Shown: positions 10,251 through 19,536 of the stretch, piece after piece
How the letters are laid out: the number at the start of each line of letters is the position of its first letter
How positions within the stretch are numbered: the stretch's first letter is position 1
NCBI GenBank assembly: GCA_964502465.1
Contig: CAZCWX010000076.1
Span: forward strand, 16,025-80,024
Direction of reading: 5' to 3'
DNA from: an uncultured Enterobacteriaceae bacterium
GTDB lineage: Bacteria > Desulfobacterota > Binatia > Bin18
Length of the DNA: 64,000 nt
Translations under genes and position numbers: made by a program
The notes under the pieces: generated by a model
Told to the model about the DNA's origin: nothing
Seen by the model: the letters and a program-made list of their open reading frames with translations, nothing else
Databases searched by the model: none

Positions 10251-11870
10251 ATGAGGTATTTGAAAGGAACATTATACGCTTTTCTCGCCCAAGAATCCGG
10301 CCAGATCCAACTACTTATTATTGCCCCTATTCTGGCCCTTTCTTTTTTGAGTCTCATTGTTCGTACCGCGAGTTCAGCGGTTGATCCGGCACTGGAAAAG
10401 AAAAAAGTCACCGAACAACTGAAACGAAGATTGAGTGAGATGCAGGGTGAGGAGGAGATCCAATCCTTTCAGGCAGTCGTCTCACCTGAAGAATTAAAGG
10501 TGCCGTCGCTATCGGTGCTGCAAGAGGAATTGCAATCTCCTCAAGAACTCGCTCCACCTATTCTTGGAGAGTCTCAGATCCCTGTGGGGCCTCAACAAAT
10601 TACACGTCGCATTAAGAAAGGAGAGGCTTTTTCATCTATCCTCATAAATGAAGGCCTCAACCCAGAAGAAACTGTTAAATGGAGCGAGGCTGCACGAACA
10701 GTTAAGGGATTAAAAATATTCCGGGCTGGACATTCTTTAACGCTCGTCTTTTCTGGGATAGCAGAAAATCGGACGCTCACTACAGTCTCGTACGAGATTG
10801 ATAAAAAAACCTCACTGATTTTTGAAAAAAAGGCAGATGGAACAATAGCCTCCAGACGCGAAACGCTTCCTACGACGCTGGTGTGGCGCGCTGTCGGGGG
10901 CCGTATTCAAAGCAACTTGTATAGTGCCGCCAAAAAAGCTGGAGTGCCAGTGCGGTTGTTAGACGACTTAGCTGATATGAATTGGGACATGGACCTCTCT
11001 TCTGATCTGCGTCCCGGCGATGTCTTTAAAGTCATTTTCGAGGAGATCCAGCATGAGGGGCGGGCTATCGGACATGGAAAGATCCTTGCCGCAGAGATTA
11101 TCAACCGAGGAAAAACCTGCACTCTCTTTTCGATCGCAGGAAAAGAAGAAGCAAGAGGGACTGGTTCAGGCAATGCCAGCCGGCAATTTCTCCGTTACCC
11201 GCTGAAATTTAGTCGTATCTCGTCGGTGTTTACCACCGGTCGGTTCCATCCCATACTCAAGCGCTCCCGTCCACACTTAGGGGTAGACTTCGCTGCACCT
11301 GCGGGTACTCCAGTGAGATCGGTGGCCAGTGGGAAAGTCGTCTACGCCGGGAGATTTGGCGGCTATGGCAATTTTGTGCGGATTGACCATCCTGGCCCTT
11401 ATGCCTCAGCTTATGCTCACCTTCAGCGGATAGCGAAAGGAGTAAAGGTCGGCGGCTCGGTTGTGCGCGGTCAAGTGATTGGCTACGTGGGCTCTACTGG
11501 TCTGGCTACAGGGCCCCATCTTCATTTTGAACTGTACAAGGATGGGAATTACGTCAACCCCTTAACGGCAAAGTTACCGATGGTAGATGAAACCCCTGGA
11601 GAAAAAAAGCAGAACCAGTTCCTTGCCGAAGCAAAAAAACATTTACGCGAACAACTCTCCAACCTGAAAGTAGGGAGTCAGTCAGTCACGCTTGTGCGAG
11701 CCAATCCTTTGGGGGATAAAACTTTTCGCAGTGTGGCAGCTCCTCCTCGTGAGTCCCAACGCCTCGCCCTGAATGCGGCCAAGGCACCTCCCCGCAGAAA
11801 AGCTTCGGTTTCTCGTAGCCAACAGCCTCGAAGTGCGAAAACCCAGAAACGATCCTCTCGCCGCCGCTGA
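10251..11870 (+). CDS. M23-family metallopeptidase (murein endopeptidase-like)
   Basis: HLGVDFAAPAGTPV...GNFVRIDH...GSTGLATGPHLHFE zinc-site motifs. ATG 10251 lies 6 nt after GGGGAG. Basic C-terminal tail. Confidence 0.9.
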   Translation: MRYLKGTLYAFLAQESGQIQLLIIAPILALSFLSLIVRTASSAVDPALEKKKVTEQLKRRLSEMQGEEEIQSFQAVVSPEELKVPSLSVLQEELQSPQELAPPILGESQIPVGPQQITRRIKKGEAFSSILINEGLNPEETVKWSEAARTVKGLKIFRAGHSLTLVFSGIAENRTLTTVSYEIDKKTSLIFEKKADGTIASRRETLPTTLVWRAVGGRIQSNLYSAAKKAGVPVRLLDDLADMNWDMDLSSDLRPGDVFKVIFEEIQHEGRAIGHGKILAAEIINRGKTCTLFSIAGKEEARGTGSGNASRQFLRYPLKFSRISSVFTTGRFHPILKRSRPHLGVDFAAPAGTPVRSVASGKVVYAGRFGGYGNFVRIDHPGPYASAYAHLQRIAKGVKVGGSVVRGQVIGYVGSTGLATGPHLHFELYKDGNYVNPLTAKLPMVDETPGEKKQNQFLAEAKKHLREQLSNLKVGSQSVTLVRANPLGDKTFRSVAAPPRESQRLALNAAKAPPRRKASVSRSQQPRSAKTQKRSSRRR

Positions 11871-11931
11871 GTCTCCCGATCTCTGTGCTTTCTCATATTG
11901 TTTGTTTTTTGGCCAATGCGAATGGTTCAAT

Positions 11932-12327
11932 ATGTTCACCCATATTGAAAGACTGCGAGTGCGCTGGGTGGATACCGATGCTTCGGGCCGCATCCACTAT
12001 ACTGCGGCATTCCGTTATTTTGAGACTGCAGAGTGGGAACTGTTCAGAAAGATAGGAATACCATTCCGCGGCCATGAAAAAAATTGGGGATTTCCTCGGG
12101 TTGCAGTCTCTGCAACTTTTCATGTCCCGCTCTACGCAGATGACAACATCGCCGTTCACATTAGTCCGGAACGTGTGGGAAAAACGTCTATTACTTTTGC
12201 GTTCGAGGTGTTCAGAGAGGAAACTCGGTGTATTAGTGGCAAGATCACCGCAGTTTTTATTGATGATCAAGACAGACCTATGCCGATACCTGACGCGATC
12301 CGCACCGCCTTGATACGGAAAGGCTAA
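11932..12327 (+). CDS. 4HBT/YbgC-type acyl-CoA thioesterase
   Basis: 131 aa. The N-terminus MFTHIERLRVRWVDTDASGRIHY is a typical hot-dog thioesterase start. The upstream ORF-track extension overlaps the M23 gene. Confidence 0.8.
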   Translation: MFTHIERLRVRWVDTDASGRIHYTAAFRYFETAEWELFRKIGIPFRGHEKNWGFPRVAVSATFHVPLYADDNIAVHISPERVGKTSITFAFEVFREETRCISGKITAVFIDDQDRPMPIPDAIRTALIRKG

Positions 12328-12383
12328 CTCACTGGTTTTCTTGGGAGTTGACAGAGGAGGGCTGCTCACGTAGGTAGGGAAAG

Positions 12384-12713
12384 ATGTCATACGCAGTTAT
12401 TCGTACCGGAGGCAAACAGTACCGCGTAACTCCTGGAGAGTTACTACGGGTCGAGTCTCTCAACGGAGAGGTCGGGAGCGAAATTACTTTTTCCGAGGTT
12501 CTTCTTACCGCAGCTGAGGGTTCAGTCCGAGTTGGGACACCTTTTCTTCTTGGTGTTACAGTGAGTGCACGTATTGTCCAGCACGGAAGAGAGAAGAAAA
12601 TCCTCGTGTTCAAGAAAAAACGGCGTAAAAATTATCGCCGTAGACAGGGGCATCGGCAAAATTTTACCGCAGTACAGATCAACAACATTAACAACATTAA
12701 TGTAGGGGAATAA
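12384..12713 (+). CDS. rplU: 50S ribosomal protein L21
   Basis: MSYAVIRTGGKQYRVTPGE... is a canonical L21 start. Followed by L27. Confidence 0.96.
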   Translation: MSYAVIRTGGKQYRVTPGELLRVESLNGEVGSEITFSEVLLTAAEGSVRVGTPFLLGVTVSARIVQHGREKKILVFKKKRRKNYRRRQGHRQNFTAVQINNINNINVGE

Positions 12714-12716
12714 GCT

Positions 12717-12995
12717 ATGGCCCATAAAAAAGGACAAGGATCGAGTCGAAATGGCAGGGATAGTCCAGGACAGCGACGCGGTATCAAGCTTTTTGCGGGT
12801 CAAGAAGCGAAGGCGGGTAACATTATCGTTCGACAACTCGGTACTCGCATCCATCCTGGCCTTAATGTCGGGATGGGGCGCGACTATACGATTTTCGCCA
12901 AGATTCATGGTGTTGTTCGTTACGAGCGGGTGGGAAAAGATCGGAAAAGGGTCAGCGTCCACCCTCACTCAGTTCCTGAACTTGTACAGGTTTAA
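12717..12995 (+). CDS. rpmA: 50S ribosomal protein L27
   Basis: [24 protein letters not shown]... is a canonical L27 start. Confidence 0.97.
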   Translation: MAHKKGQGSSRNGRDSPGQRRGIKLFAGQEAKAGNIIVRQLGTRIHPGLNVGMGRDYTIFAKIHGVVRYERVGKDRKRVSVHPHSVPELVQV

Positions 12996-13018
12996 GGACG
13001 GGTTGGTGCTCGTATAAT

Positions 13019-13046
13019 GAAAAGCCCCAGTCGGGGCTTTTTTTTC
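13019..13046 (+). terminator. intrinsic terminator after rpmA
   Basis: AAAGCCCC-AGTC-GGGGCTTT hairpin (13021-13040) followed by a T-run to 13045. Confidence 0.75.
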
Positions 13047-13050
13047 TTGT

Positions 13051-14121
13051 ATGCATTTCATTGATGAAGTTCGTATCCATGTGAAAGCCGGCGATGGTGG
13101 TCGCGGGTGTGTGGCTTTTCTGCGGGAAAAGTATCGGCCTCGGGGCGGCCCTAGTGGTGGGAATGGTGGTGACGGCGGGAGTGTGATCATCAAGGTTGAT
13201 CCACAATTGAATACCCTGATTGACCTTGCTCATCGACAGCATATTCGGGCCGAACGTGGAGAGCATGGAAGAGGAAAAAACCAACACGGAAAAAATGGTG
13301 AAGACTTGCTCATTCGTGTACCCCTGGGAACGATCATCCGTGATTGTGAAACCGGAGATATTCTTGCTGATCTCGCTGCTCCTTGTGGAGAATTTAGGGT
13401 GGCGAAAGGAGGCAAAGGAGGAAAGGGGAATGCATTTTTCGTATCCTCAACAAACCAGGCGCCTCGGTTCGCTCAGCCCGGCTTAGCCGGTGAAGAGCAC
13501 GTCCTCAGACTGGAGTTACGGTTACTCGCTGATGTTGGCCTTGTCGGATTACCAAACGTCGGCAAGTCAACACTCATCTCATCAGTCTCTGCGGCCCGGC
13601 CGCGGATTGCCGATTTCCCGTTTACTACCCTGACTCCTCACTTAGGAGTGGTGCGTTACGGAGAAGAAAAGTCTTTTGTCATGGCCGATGTCCCTGGCCT
13701 CATTGAAGGGGCACATTTGGGTTATGGCCTGGGAGTGCGCTTCCTTCGCCATCTTTCGCGCACGTCGGTGCTCGTCCACCTGCTTGATATTTCTCATCCT
13801 GAAAGTGACCCGTTACGCAACTACGAAGCCATCACCCATGAATTGCAATGCTTTGATGAAGCGCTCAGCAACCGCCCCTACATCGTCGTCGTAACCAAGC
13901 TTGATCTTCCGGTCACTCGCGAACGCCTTGGAGAAGTGCGCAATGCTTTTGCCGAAAAATACAGTACATCTCTCCTCGCAATTTCAGCCGCTACTGGTGA
14001 GGGAGTAAAAGAGTTGGTCAATCATCTTGCTCGCGTTGTGGAAGGTTACAAAACTCAAACGGTGAACACTATGGCGGTCAATAGTAGTGCAGTGGAGCAT
14101 ACATTGTGGGAAGAGGTGTGA
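13051..14121 (+). CDS. obg: GTPase Obg/CgtA
   Basis: MHFIDEVRIHVKAGDGGRGCVAF is a Gly-rich Obg fold start. G motifs GLPNVGKST, DVPGLIEGA and TKLD. Confidence 0.96.
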   Translation: MHFIDEVRIHVKAGDGGRGCVAFLREKYRPRGGPSGGNGGDGGSVIIKVDPQLNTLIDLAHRQHIRAERGEHGRGKNQHGKNGEDLLIRVPLGTIIRDCETGDILADLAAPCGEFRVAKGGKGGKGNAFFVSSTNQAPRFAQPGLAGEEHVLRLELRLLADVGLVGLPNVGKSTLISSVSAARPRIADFPFTTLTPHLGVVRYGEEKSFVMADVPGLIEGAHLGYGLGVRFLRHLSRTSVLVHLLDISHPESDPLRNYEAITHELQCFDEALSNRPYIVVVTKLDLPVTRERLGEVRNAFAEKYSTSLLAISAATGEGVKELVNHLARVVEGYKTQTVNTMAVNSSAVEHTLWEEV

Positions 14122-15251
14122 CGCAACTTGCTCACAAAAGTTTTATTCTTGACCGTGCCCGTCGGATCGTTATCAAAGTCGGCAGCAGTGCTCTTTCAAG
14201 TACAACAGGGATCAGACGAGAGAGCTTGGATCACCTCACTCGTAACCTTGCCTCACTCCAGCGTGCTGGGAAGGAAGTGGTACTTGTGTCTTCTGGAGCC
14301 ATTGCTTCAGGCATGAGCAAGTTAGGGATGAAGGAGCGGCCCAAAACCATTCCGGAGAAGCAAGCGGCAGCTGCAGTTGGGCAGATTGCTCTGATGGCAC
14401 TGTATGAGGAATATTTTTCTTTCTCTGGTGTGCAAGTTGCGCAGATTCTGCTCACGCACGATGATTTGGCAAACCGCCGTCGGTATCTGAATGCGAAGCG
14501 TACCATCCTGACCTTGCTTGAGTCTGGCGTGCTCCCGATTGTCAATGAAAATGACACCGTCGCGATCGAGGAAATTCAATTCGGCGACAATGATAATCTG
14601 TCAGCTTTAGTCGCGGTCTTAGTTGAGGCTGATCTGTTGGTGATCTTGAGCGACGTAGCAGGGCTCTATGACCGGGACCCACGCGTTCATCCTGAGGCAC
14701 GTTTAGTTGCTTTGGTCGAGAAGTTCACCGATGAGTTAGCCGCAGGAGTCGGAGGAGGAGGACCACTAGGTCGGGGTGGGATGGCTACGAAGCTTGAAGC
14801 GGCGCACAAAGCGGCGGTTTCTGGTATTCCAACCATTATCGCTGATGGGCAACGAGCAGACAGTCTTTCGTTCGTCTTTGATCCAACGAAAGATATTGGT
14901 ACATTGTTTCTGCCTATGACCGACCGTATTGCGAGCCGAAAGCACTGGATTGCCTACACCCTGAAACCTGCCGGTGTATTAATTGTCGATGCTGGAGCTC
15001 GCGTAGCGATTTGCGAGCGCGGACGCAGCCTTCTGCCTCCTGGCGTGCGTGAGGTCCGAGGTATATTTGATGAGGGAGAATGTGTAACCTGCCTTGACGA
15101 CGGTGGACGCGCGTTTGCTCGTGGACTGGTGAATTATAAATCAGTGGATTTGGAGCGGATCAAAGGTGCTCAGACGAGTCAAATTGAGCGCATTCTCGGC
15201 TATAAAGTGAGTGATGAAGTCATTCATCGTGATGACCTCGCTTTGTTGTGA
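14118..15251 (+). CDS. proB: glutamate 5-kinase
   Basis: RIVIKVGSSAL, VLVSSGA and NENDT motifs, with a C-terminal PUA-like region. GTG 14118 overlaps the obg TGA (GTGA) and follows GAAGAGG. The ORF track starts at GTG 14106. Confidence 0.95.
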   Translation: MTQLAHKSFILDRARRIVIKVGSSALSSTTGIRRESLDHLTRNLASLQRAGKEVVLVSSGAIASGMSKLGMKERPKTIPEKQAAAAVGQIALMALYEEYFSFSGVQVAQILLTHDDLANRRRYLNAKRTILTLLESGVLPIVNENDTVAIEEIQFGDNDNLSALVAVLVEADLLVILSDVAGLYDRDPRVHPEARLVALVEKFTDELAAGVGGGGPLGRGGMATKLEAAHKAAVSGIPTIIADGQRADSLSFVFDPTKDIGTLFLPMTDRIASRKHWIAYTLKPAGVLIVDAGARVAICERGRSLLPPGVREVRGIFDEGECVTCLDDGGRAFARGLVNYKSVDLERIKGAQTSQIERILGYKVSDEVIHRDDLALL

Positions 15252-15268
15252 ATGCGGAGGGAGCCCCT

Positions 15269-16525
15269 ATGGATCTTGAGCACAGCATTGTGCAAATGAG
15301 CCAGGCGGCAAAAAAAGCTGCCCGTACTTTAGCCAAAACACCAACATCAGCAAAAAATCAAGCGCTGGGACTAGCTGCGATCCGACTCCGTCAGAACGGC
15401 GGAGTACTGCTGGCTGCGAACAAGGTGGACGTGGAGGCCGGGAAAAAAACCGGTCTTTCCGCGGCAATGCTCGACCGCCTCACATTGACCGAGGCCCGAA
15501 TCAATGCCATGGCGAAAGGTGTAGAAATCATTGCTGACCTACCTGATCCTGTTGGCGAAACTATCGCAATGTGGCGTCGACCTAACGGGTTGGAGATCGG
15601 CCAGGTTCGCGTGCCGCTCGGGGTGGTCGGTGTGATATATGAATCACGCCCCAACGTCACTGCCGATGCCGCTGGGCTTTGTCTGAAAGCTGGTAATGCC
15701 ACGGTCCTCAAAGGAGGGTCTGAAGCATTCCGTACGAACAGTGCGATCGTCGATGTGCTGACGAGAGCAGTGGTGGAGGCTGGTCTGCCAGAAGCAGCGA
15801 TGCAATTGGTCCGCTCAACTGACCGTCAAGCAGTGGCTTTTTTACTCCAGCAAGACCGCTATATTGACGTGATTATTCCGCGTGGCGGAGAAGAACTCAT
15901 TCGCGCAGTCAGTGAACGCTCAGCAATTCCGGTGATTCAGCACTTTTCTGGCATCTGCCACACCTATGTCGATGCAGCGGCCGATTGCGAGAAGGCCGCA
16001 CGGATCTGCTTGAATGCTAAGGTCCAACGACCGTGGGTATGCAATGCTATGGAAAATCTTTTGGTGCATGAATCCGTAGCTCCCCGGTTTTTACCCTCGT
16101 TTGTCGCGGACCTCGAAAAATCAGGGGTCGAGGTCCGCGGCTGCGAACGGACGCGCCTCCTGGTGCCGCAGGTCAAGGCAGCAAGTGAGGAAGACTGGCA
16201 GACCGAATATCTTGACCTGACCCTCGCAGTGAAGATCGTGAACTCCCTAAATGAGGCGATTGAGTTCATTCACACAAATGGCTCCGGTCTCGCCGATGCC
16301 ATTGTGAGTGAAGATTACTCGAACGTGCGACGGTTTCTGCATGAGATTGATTCAGCGACAGTGTATGCCAATGCCTCGACGCGTTTCACCGATGGCTACG
16401 AGTTCGGCTTTGGGGCCGAGGTTGGGATCTCGACGAACCGCTTGCATGCTCGCGGCCCGATGGGACTCCGTGAACTGACAACGTACAAGTATATCATTTA
16501 TGGCAATGGTCAGGTTCGCGAGTGA
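15269..16525 (+). CDS. proA: gamma-glutamyl phosphate reductase
   Basis: Aldehyde-dehydrogenase fold (VIYESRPNVT, CNAMENLLVH). ATG 15269 lies 7 nt after GGAGGG. Follows proB. Confidence 0.95.
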   Translation: MDLEHSIVQMSQAAKKAARTLAKTPTSAKNQALGLAAIRLRQNGGVLLAANKVDVEAGKKTGLSAAMLDRLTLTEARINAMAKGVEIIADLPDPVGETIAMWRRPNGLEIGQVRVPLGVVGVIYESRPNVTADAAGLCLKAGNATVLKGGSEAFRTNSAIVDVLTRAVVEAGLPEAAMQLVRSTDRQAVAFLLQQDRYIDVIIPRGGEELIRAVSERSAIPVIQHFSGICHTYVDAAADCEKAARICLNAKVQRPWVCNAMENLLVHESVAPRFLPSFVADLEKSGVEVRGCERTRLLVPQVKAASEEDWQTEYLDLTLAVKIVNSLNEAIEFIHTNGSGLADAIVSEDYSNVRRFLHEIDSATVYANASTRFTDGYEFGFGAEVGISTNRLHARGPMGLRELTTYKYIIYGNGQVRE

Positions 16526-16678
16526 AACGATTGGCACGAAGACTGGGAAGACGTAATAGAAGACGGACAGAGAAGAAATAAAAAGGAGTCACGCAGGAGC
16601 GTTGTCACGATCCTAGAACATCCGAACTGAATATGGCTGCAGGAAATGACGCGAGAGCTGAACACGAGAAACCGACAG

Positions 16679-17338
16679 ATGAGGATAGGACTATTCGGCG
16701 GGACTTTTGATCCTATCCATTTGGGACATTTACGCAGTGCCGAGGTGACTCGCGAGGCGTTCACCCTTGAGAGGGTCTATTTCATTCCTGCAGCTCGCCC
16801 TCCTCACAAAAGAGGAGAAGATCTTGCTCCGGCCTATCATAGGCTCAAGATGGTTGAATTGGCTGTGACCGACAATCCCTTCTTCTCTGTGTCAGCAGTA
16901 GAAGTGGAACGAGAGGGGAAATCGTATTCGATTGATACGATCCGCCATTTCCTCGATATCCTTCAGCCTTCCGCGTTGTTTTTCATCCTTGGTGTGGATG
17001 CCTTTTGTGAGATGCATACGTGGAAAGAATACGAGGCCATACCAGAGCTCTGTAACCTGATTGTCACCTCGCGCCCGGGGATACCCATGCCTCCGTCAGG
17101 GGTCTTGCTCCCTGTTGCTCTGCGGTCAGCGTTTTGGTACGATCCGGTCAGCAAAATGCACCGACATAGATCAGGTCACACTGTAGTGTCGTATGAGATC
17201 GAAGGCCTTCATATTTCTGCTTCTGCCATCCGAGAAAAAGCCCGCCGCGGAAAGTCCATCCGTTATTTGATCCCTGCACCAGTCGCATGCTATATGAAAG
17301 AGCATTCGCTTTATAAACCAAGGGTTTCATTGCGTTGA
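16679..17338 (+). CDS. nadD: nicotinate-nucleotide adenylyltransferase
   Basis: MRIGLFGGTFDPIHLGHL is the canonical (H/T)xGH start, plus a SASAIR motif. Confidence 0.92.
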   Translation: MRIGLFGGTFDPIHLGHLRSAEVTREAFTLERVYFIPAARPPHKRGEDLAPAYHRLKMVELAVTDNPFFSVSAVEVEREGKSYSIDTIRHFLDILQPSALFFILGVDAFCEMHTWKEYEAIPELCNLIVTSRPGIPMPPSGVLLPVALRSAFWYDPVSKMHRHRSGHTVVSYEIEGLHISASAIREKARRGKSIRYLIPAPVACYMKEHSLYKPRVSLR

Positions 17339-17730
17339 AATCGAACGACAGTTGGGAAAGGGTTCTCCGGTGTGCTCAATCCGCTCTTGATAAGAAGGCG
17401 TACGACCTTGTTATCCTTGATGTCGCGAAGCTCACCTCAGTTGCTGATTATTTTTTGATTTGCACTGGTCGCTCAGACATCCAAGTCCAAACGATTTGTC
17501 GCCACATTGAGGAATCTCTGGTGAAGACTGGTGTGAAGCCTCTGGCGGTTGAAGGATTTACCCACGGGCAATGGGTGTTGATGGATTTGGGCGATATCGT
17601 GATCCATATTTTTTACGAGACTGTGCGGGATTTTTACAATCTCGAAGGTTTATGGGTTCAAGCCCCGAAACGGACTCTCCCTGAACCGTATCACTCCCAG
17701 GCCCAACAGCTGAGAATTGCGACTGCCTAG
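17335..17730 (+). CDS. rsfS: ribosome silencing factor RsfS
   Basis: DLVILDV...DYFLICTGRSDIQVQ...WVLMDLGDIVIHIF motifs. The TTG start overlaps the nadD stop. Confidence 0.9.
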   Translation: MKSNDSWERVLRCAQSALDKKAYDLVILDVAKLTSVADYFLICTGRSDIQVQTICRHIEESLVKTGVKPLAVEGFTHGQWVLMDLGDIVIHIFYETVRDFYNLEGLWVQAPKRTLPEPYHSQAQQLRIATA

Positions 17731-17976
17731 GACAGAAAGTCCTTTCATCCCCTGCTCCCTATCTTTTCTTCCGTCAATCTTTCGCTCTATACTGAAAGAA
17801 AGAAATCAAGCGAGCGAGATGAGTGGTACGTCTGCATCAAGATCTCTCGTCAGAAAAGTCTAGGCGATGACCTGCTCGTTGAAAATCTGGACTTTTCATT
17901 CACGCAGGCGAAGGAGGAAGAGTGACTCGCGCAGCCTTCTTCTTGCAGAGAGACTTGGCTCGAGAGGAGAGTACTT

Positions 17977-18174
17977 ATGCGCAATAAAGAATGGCCTCAG
18001 TGCCAGCGCTGCCGTAAGGGTGTCCTCTTGCCCTTGTCTGATTATGGACCGCAAGGGAATGATATTCCTTTTAAGATTTGGGTCTGCCATAATCCAACCT
18101 GTGGATTCTCGTTGCGAATCGATAAAGGGCAGGTGAGCTTTGGCCGGCCAATCCGTCTCAGATCTGATTCATGA
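17977..18174 (+). CDS. hypothetical small zinc-ribbon protein
   Basis: 65 aa with CQRC...CHNPTC Cys pairs. GAGAGGAGAG lies 6 nt upstream of the ATG. Confidence 0.45.
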   Translation: MRNKEWPQCQRCRKGVLLPLSDYGPQGNDIPFKIWVCHNPTCGFSLRIDKGQVSFGRPIRLRSDS

Positions 18175-18249
18175 GAGACTCGAAAGCGACAAAGCTTGAG
18201 TAGGATTTTCAGAAATGCCCTGCTTTGTCTTTGTCACATCGTGTGTGAC

Positions 18250-19536
18250 TCACGTCTTCCGAGCGCCTCTGAACAGCCGTGTATCTCTTTGTCCTTTGTC
18301 AGACCGTGTTCCCTTGTCCCTCCGAGTTTCCTTGCTTTTTGCTTGCGCATGAGGCCGCGATTGAGGTTTGGTGGTCGCAAACAGATACTGGTGCAGAGTG
18401 AGTAACCCACCGAGGTCGGCGGGAAAGGCAGGAAGTATCGGTACTTGGGTAAACGAGGTCTCCGTAGGGAGCGCCCGACGAAAATGTGCGAGTCGCTTTT
18501 CCTCTCCGCGCACCAAGGTTTGGTAAGCGAGAAAATTTTTAGTTAGCCACTGTATCTGCTCGTGATTTTTTGACCTCATATGCAAGATTGTCCGCAGTCG
18601 TGCGGCTAACGTTCCTGCATCCTCGTCCCATGAAGGTTCCGTTCGCCATTCCTCTTGTACTCCGTTCACGACCACACCTTCCAACGGAGCTTTGAGGCGA
18701 TGCAAGTCTGTGAGGAATGCTGCTGTTTCGGCCAGTACCTCCTCTTCTGGGCGGGTAATCAGGACAAAAGCTGTTTCTTTACTCGTTAATAATTGATTGA
18801 CTCGCGTCAGTCGGTGCCCAAAGTCCGCAAGCATTTGCTGCATCGCTGTGAAGAATTCCGAGATGTCGCCCAAGGCTGAAACACCTGTTGCCGCTTCGAT
18901 CTTGCGTAACAGAAAAGCGGCAGTACGGTTCACCGCAGAAAAAGCTACCCAACCGGTTGTCACTGAGGGTTGAATAAACCATTTGCTGACCTGACTATTG
19001 AGAAAGCGCTGCACTCGTTGCGGGGCTTCGAGAAAATCAAGGGCCTGCTTTGTCGGTGGGGTATCGACGACAATCAGATCGTAGATGTCCCGTTGCACTA
19101 GTGTGGCAAGAGTATCAAGAGCCATATACTCGTGTGAACCAGCAAAGGTCCGAGACAATCCCAGGTAAAAACGGTTTGCTAAAATGCGGTTATGGATCTC
19201 CGGTGTTGGTGCGTATCGTCCGACGACTGCATCCCAGGCTCTTTGCTGATCAACAAGCATCGCGGTGAGGGTCCCAGATGGTGAGAGACCATAAGGAGCG
19301 AAAGCCTCTGGGGGCAGTGGATGTTCTTGTTGTCTCGTTTCTTCGAGTCCCAGGCACGTCGCTAATCGTTTAGCCGGGTCAATAGTAAGCACGGCTGTGC
19401 GTTGACCGTGCAGTGCCCCCCAAAGTGCGAGCGCAGCCGCAACCGTCGTTTTTCCTACACCACCACTGCCCACACAGACAACGATGCGATGGCAAGACAC
19501 CAGAGAGGTGAGGTCAGGCGGGGTACGTCTGTTCAT
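18250..19536 (-). CDS. ArsA/Get3-like P-loop ATPase, divergent paralogue 2
   Basis: P-loop GSGGVGKTT and LTIDPAKRL. The ArsA signature is degenerate (VDTPPTKQALDFLEAP). ATG 19536 overlaps the upstream paralogue's stop by 23 nt. Basic C-terminal tail. Confidence 0.8.
   Translation of the reverse strand: MNRRTPPDLTSLVSCHRIVVCVGSGGVGKTTVAAALALWGALHGQRTAVLTIDPAKRLATCLGLEETRQQEHPLPPEAFAPYGLSPSGTLTAMLVDQQRAWDAVVGRYAPTPEIHNRILANRFYLGLSRTFAGSHEYMALDTLATLVQRDIYDLIVVDTPPTKQALDFLEAPQRVQRFLNSQVSKWFIQPSVTTGWVAFSAVNRTAAFLLRKIEAATGVSALGDISEFFTAMQQMLADFGHRLTRVNQLLTSKETAFVLITRPEEEVLAETAAFLTDLHRLKAPLEGVVVNGVQEEWRTEPSWDEDAGTLAARLRTILHMRSKNHEQIQWLTKNFLAYQTLVRGEEKRLAHFRRALPTETSFTQVPILPAFPADLGGLLTLHQYLFATTKPQSRPHAQAKSKETRRDKGTRSDKGQRDTRLFRGARKT

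Noticed and set aside
12661-12700. A 9-nt tandem duplication (aacaacatt aacaacatt) at the 3' end of rplU, giving ...INNINNIN.
   Set aside because: It is a trivial two-copy microrepeat within the variable C-terminal tail of L21, with no evidence of function.
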